A stretch of 64,000 bases of DNA. It comes from Paraphysomonas bandaiensis (lineage: Eukaryota; Protista; Chrysophyceae). The stretch lies in contig CBFFRP010000421.1 of NCBI GenBank assembly GCA_965644295.1, positions 33,003 to 97,002 on the forward strand, given 5' to 3'. Below are positions 62,102-64,000 of this stretch, piece after piece. A program made the position numbers and the translations under genes. The notes under the pieces were generated by a model. The model searched no databases. It was not told the DNA's origin and saw only the letters and a program-made list of their open reading frames with translations. Within the stretch, counting starts at the first letter, position 1; every line of letters begins with the position of its first letter.

Positions 62102-63959
62102 ACATTCCCTACAATGAAGCATTTGAAAAGATCAAATTGATGATCCATGAATGTCCAACATTATTTTTCATTGATGACGAGTCACCAATATATTTATTGA
62201 CCGATGCATCTGATTATGGAATAGGAGCATACCTCTACCAAGTAGTAGATGGTGTAGAACGTCCAATAGGATTTCTCAGTAAAACATTCGATGAAAGAAT
62301 GATGAATTGGGATACACCTCAGAAAGAAGGATATGCTATATACTATGCCTTAGATAAATGGGACTACCTATTAAGGTATAGATACTTTACGATCAAAACA
62401 GATCATAAAAATATTACTCAGTTGAGAACTGATTACGCTAAGGATAAGAAAGTTCAGCGATGGTTGAAATGTTTCCAAGCATATGATTATGATCTATGTG
62501 ATATTAAAGGATCTGATAATGTTGTTGCTGATGCATTTAGTAGACTATGTGCATTAGAATCTAAAATGGAAACAAAATGTGCTTCCCTAATTCCCGATAT
62601 TAAAGTTCCAAACAAGGAATGGGAAATTATTAAAAGATTTCATAACAATGTTACAGGTCATCATGGTATTGATCGTACAATACAAAAATTACGAGACAAT
62701 GGTCATAAATGGTCAAAGCAAGGGGCACATGTGACAAAATTTATTAAAACTTGTCCTTGTTGTCAAAAGATGAGTAGAATTAAACCAATAATTAATGCTC
62801 ATCCCTTTACTGTCTCAACATATGGCCCGATGCAAAGAATAGCAGTGGATTTTATTCAGAGTCTGCATCCAGATGAGGATGGATACACTAATATATTAGT
62901 GATTATCGATTCTTTTTCTAGGTGGGTAGAATTAATCCCTACTAAGAATCTCACTGCCATGGCGGCGGCAAAGGGGATTGCTTCAACACCTGGGTAGATA
63001 TGGAGCACCTATTGAGATTCATTCGGATCTTGGACCAGCATTTGTGGATGATTTAACAAAATCATTGATAGAAATGGTTGGAAGTAATCAATCATTTTCG
63101 ATGGCGTATTCTAAAGAAGAAAATGCTATAGTGGAACGTGCTAATAAAGAAATTTTAAGGCACTTAAGAAATATTATATTTGATAAAAATGTACTAAATA
63201 ATTGGTCAATGTATCTACCTTTAGTACAAAGAATTATGAATTCTTCTAAACATAGAAGCACCGGCGTTACTCCCGCTAGTATTCTATTTGGGAATGCAGT
63301 AGATTTAGATAAGAGTTTATTCATTGAACACAATGAGAACTTGGACGGGAACGAACAAAAGCTATCACATTGGATAGATAGAATACAAAAGGTTCAGTCC
63401 ACTATTATGGATGTTGCAAGACGAAATCTTCGCAAACATGATGAAATCCACATGGCAACTGCACCAAATATACAAACAAAAGAATTTCCAATAAATTCTT
63501 ATGTGTTAGTTGAGCATAGACAAAATGCTTTACGTCCTGGACCGGCAAGTAAGTTATTACCATATCTTAAAGGTCCAATGCGAGTAGTCAATGTTATTGG
63601 AGACAAATATACTCTTCAAGATATTGTTACTAAACGTAATAAAGACTATCATATAAAGAAATTAAGGGAATTTAATTACGATCCCTCTACTATTGACCCC
63701 TTACAAGTGGCATGTAAAGATGGTGGAAACTTTTATGCTATTGACCATATTTCAAAAATAAAAGGTCGAGCTAAAAGGTCCGAAAAGTCAAATAAAATTT
63801 CTAGTACATTGGATAGGGTATGAAAAACCTACATGGGAACCATGGGCTAACGTTAGAAAAACGTATGCTCTACAAAATTTCCTAACTCAACATCCTGATG
63901 AAAATGTAAGAAATTTACTACCTCGAAATGTGGTTTATTCTTCTGATGAAGAAGATTAA
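62102..63959 (+). mobile_element. 5'-truncated, frameshifted Ty3/Gypsy chromovirus pol (RNase H, integrase, chromodomain)
   Basis: LTDASDYGIGA...TDHKN...NVVADAFSR; HHCC zinc finger; IAVDFI / HSDLG / VERAN DDE triad; chromodomain FLVHWIGYEKPTWEPWANV. Frameshifts near 62990 and 63770; RT core absent. Confidence 0.92.
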
Positions 63960-64000
63960 TAACAAAGTTTACAGAATTGAGTGTCAATATAACACATTAA

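Noticed and set aside
60668-62102. tRNA-targeted integration of the Gypsy element
   Set aside because: The element is ~1.4 kb downstream of the tRNA and truncated, so no specific junction can be shown.

Overview
This is eukaryotic nuclear DNA, not prokaryotic. Genes are densely packed and split by very short (~45-60 nt) GT-AG introns. The gene content and style suggest a flagellated stramenopile, possibly chrysophyte-like (inference only). About 17 host protein genes are supported: an LRR/EF-hand protein running off the left edge, a DUF273-like glycosyltransferase, a UBAP2/lingerer-like RGG protein, a MOB protein, SWI3/SMARCC, VPS20/CHMP6, TTC12, an asteroid-like PIN nuclease, an exostosin-like protein, a soluble adenylyl cyclase-like STAND protein, a secreted protein disrupted by a MULE, a membrane protein, a VHL-beta plus HExxH peptidase, an LRR-NylB/class C beta-lactamase fusion, a NeuD-like acetyltransferase, SKP1, a V-ATPase accessory-like protein and an HPP protein. 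There is also one tRNA-Pro(CGG). A repeat-rich island spans ~35.3-46.4 kb. It holds the most unusual structure in the window: three near-identical 1207-bp cassettes alternating with four variable-length, polarised (TAGTATAGTC)-type satellite blocks, each cassette sitting at a duplicated TATA. The island also holds a pogo/Tc2-like transposase and a MULE whose 8-bp target-site duplication shows it split a host gene. Other features are hAT-like MITEs, a dispersed ~860-bp repeat, long (TACA)n arrays between head-to-head genes, and a frameshifted Ty3/Gypsy chromovirus pol fragment at the right edge. All family calls come from motif recognition by eye; no database searches were run.
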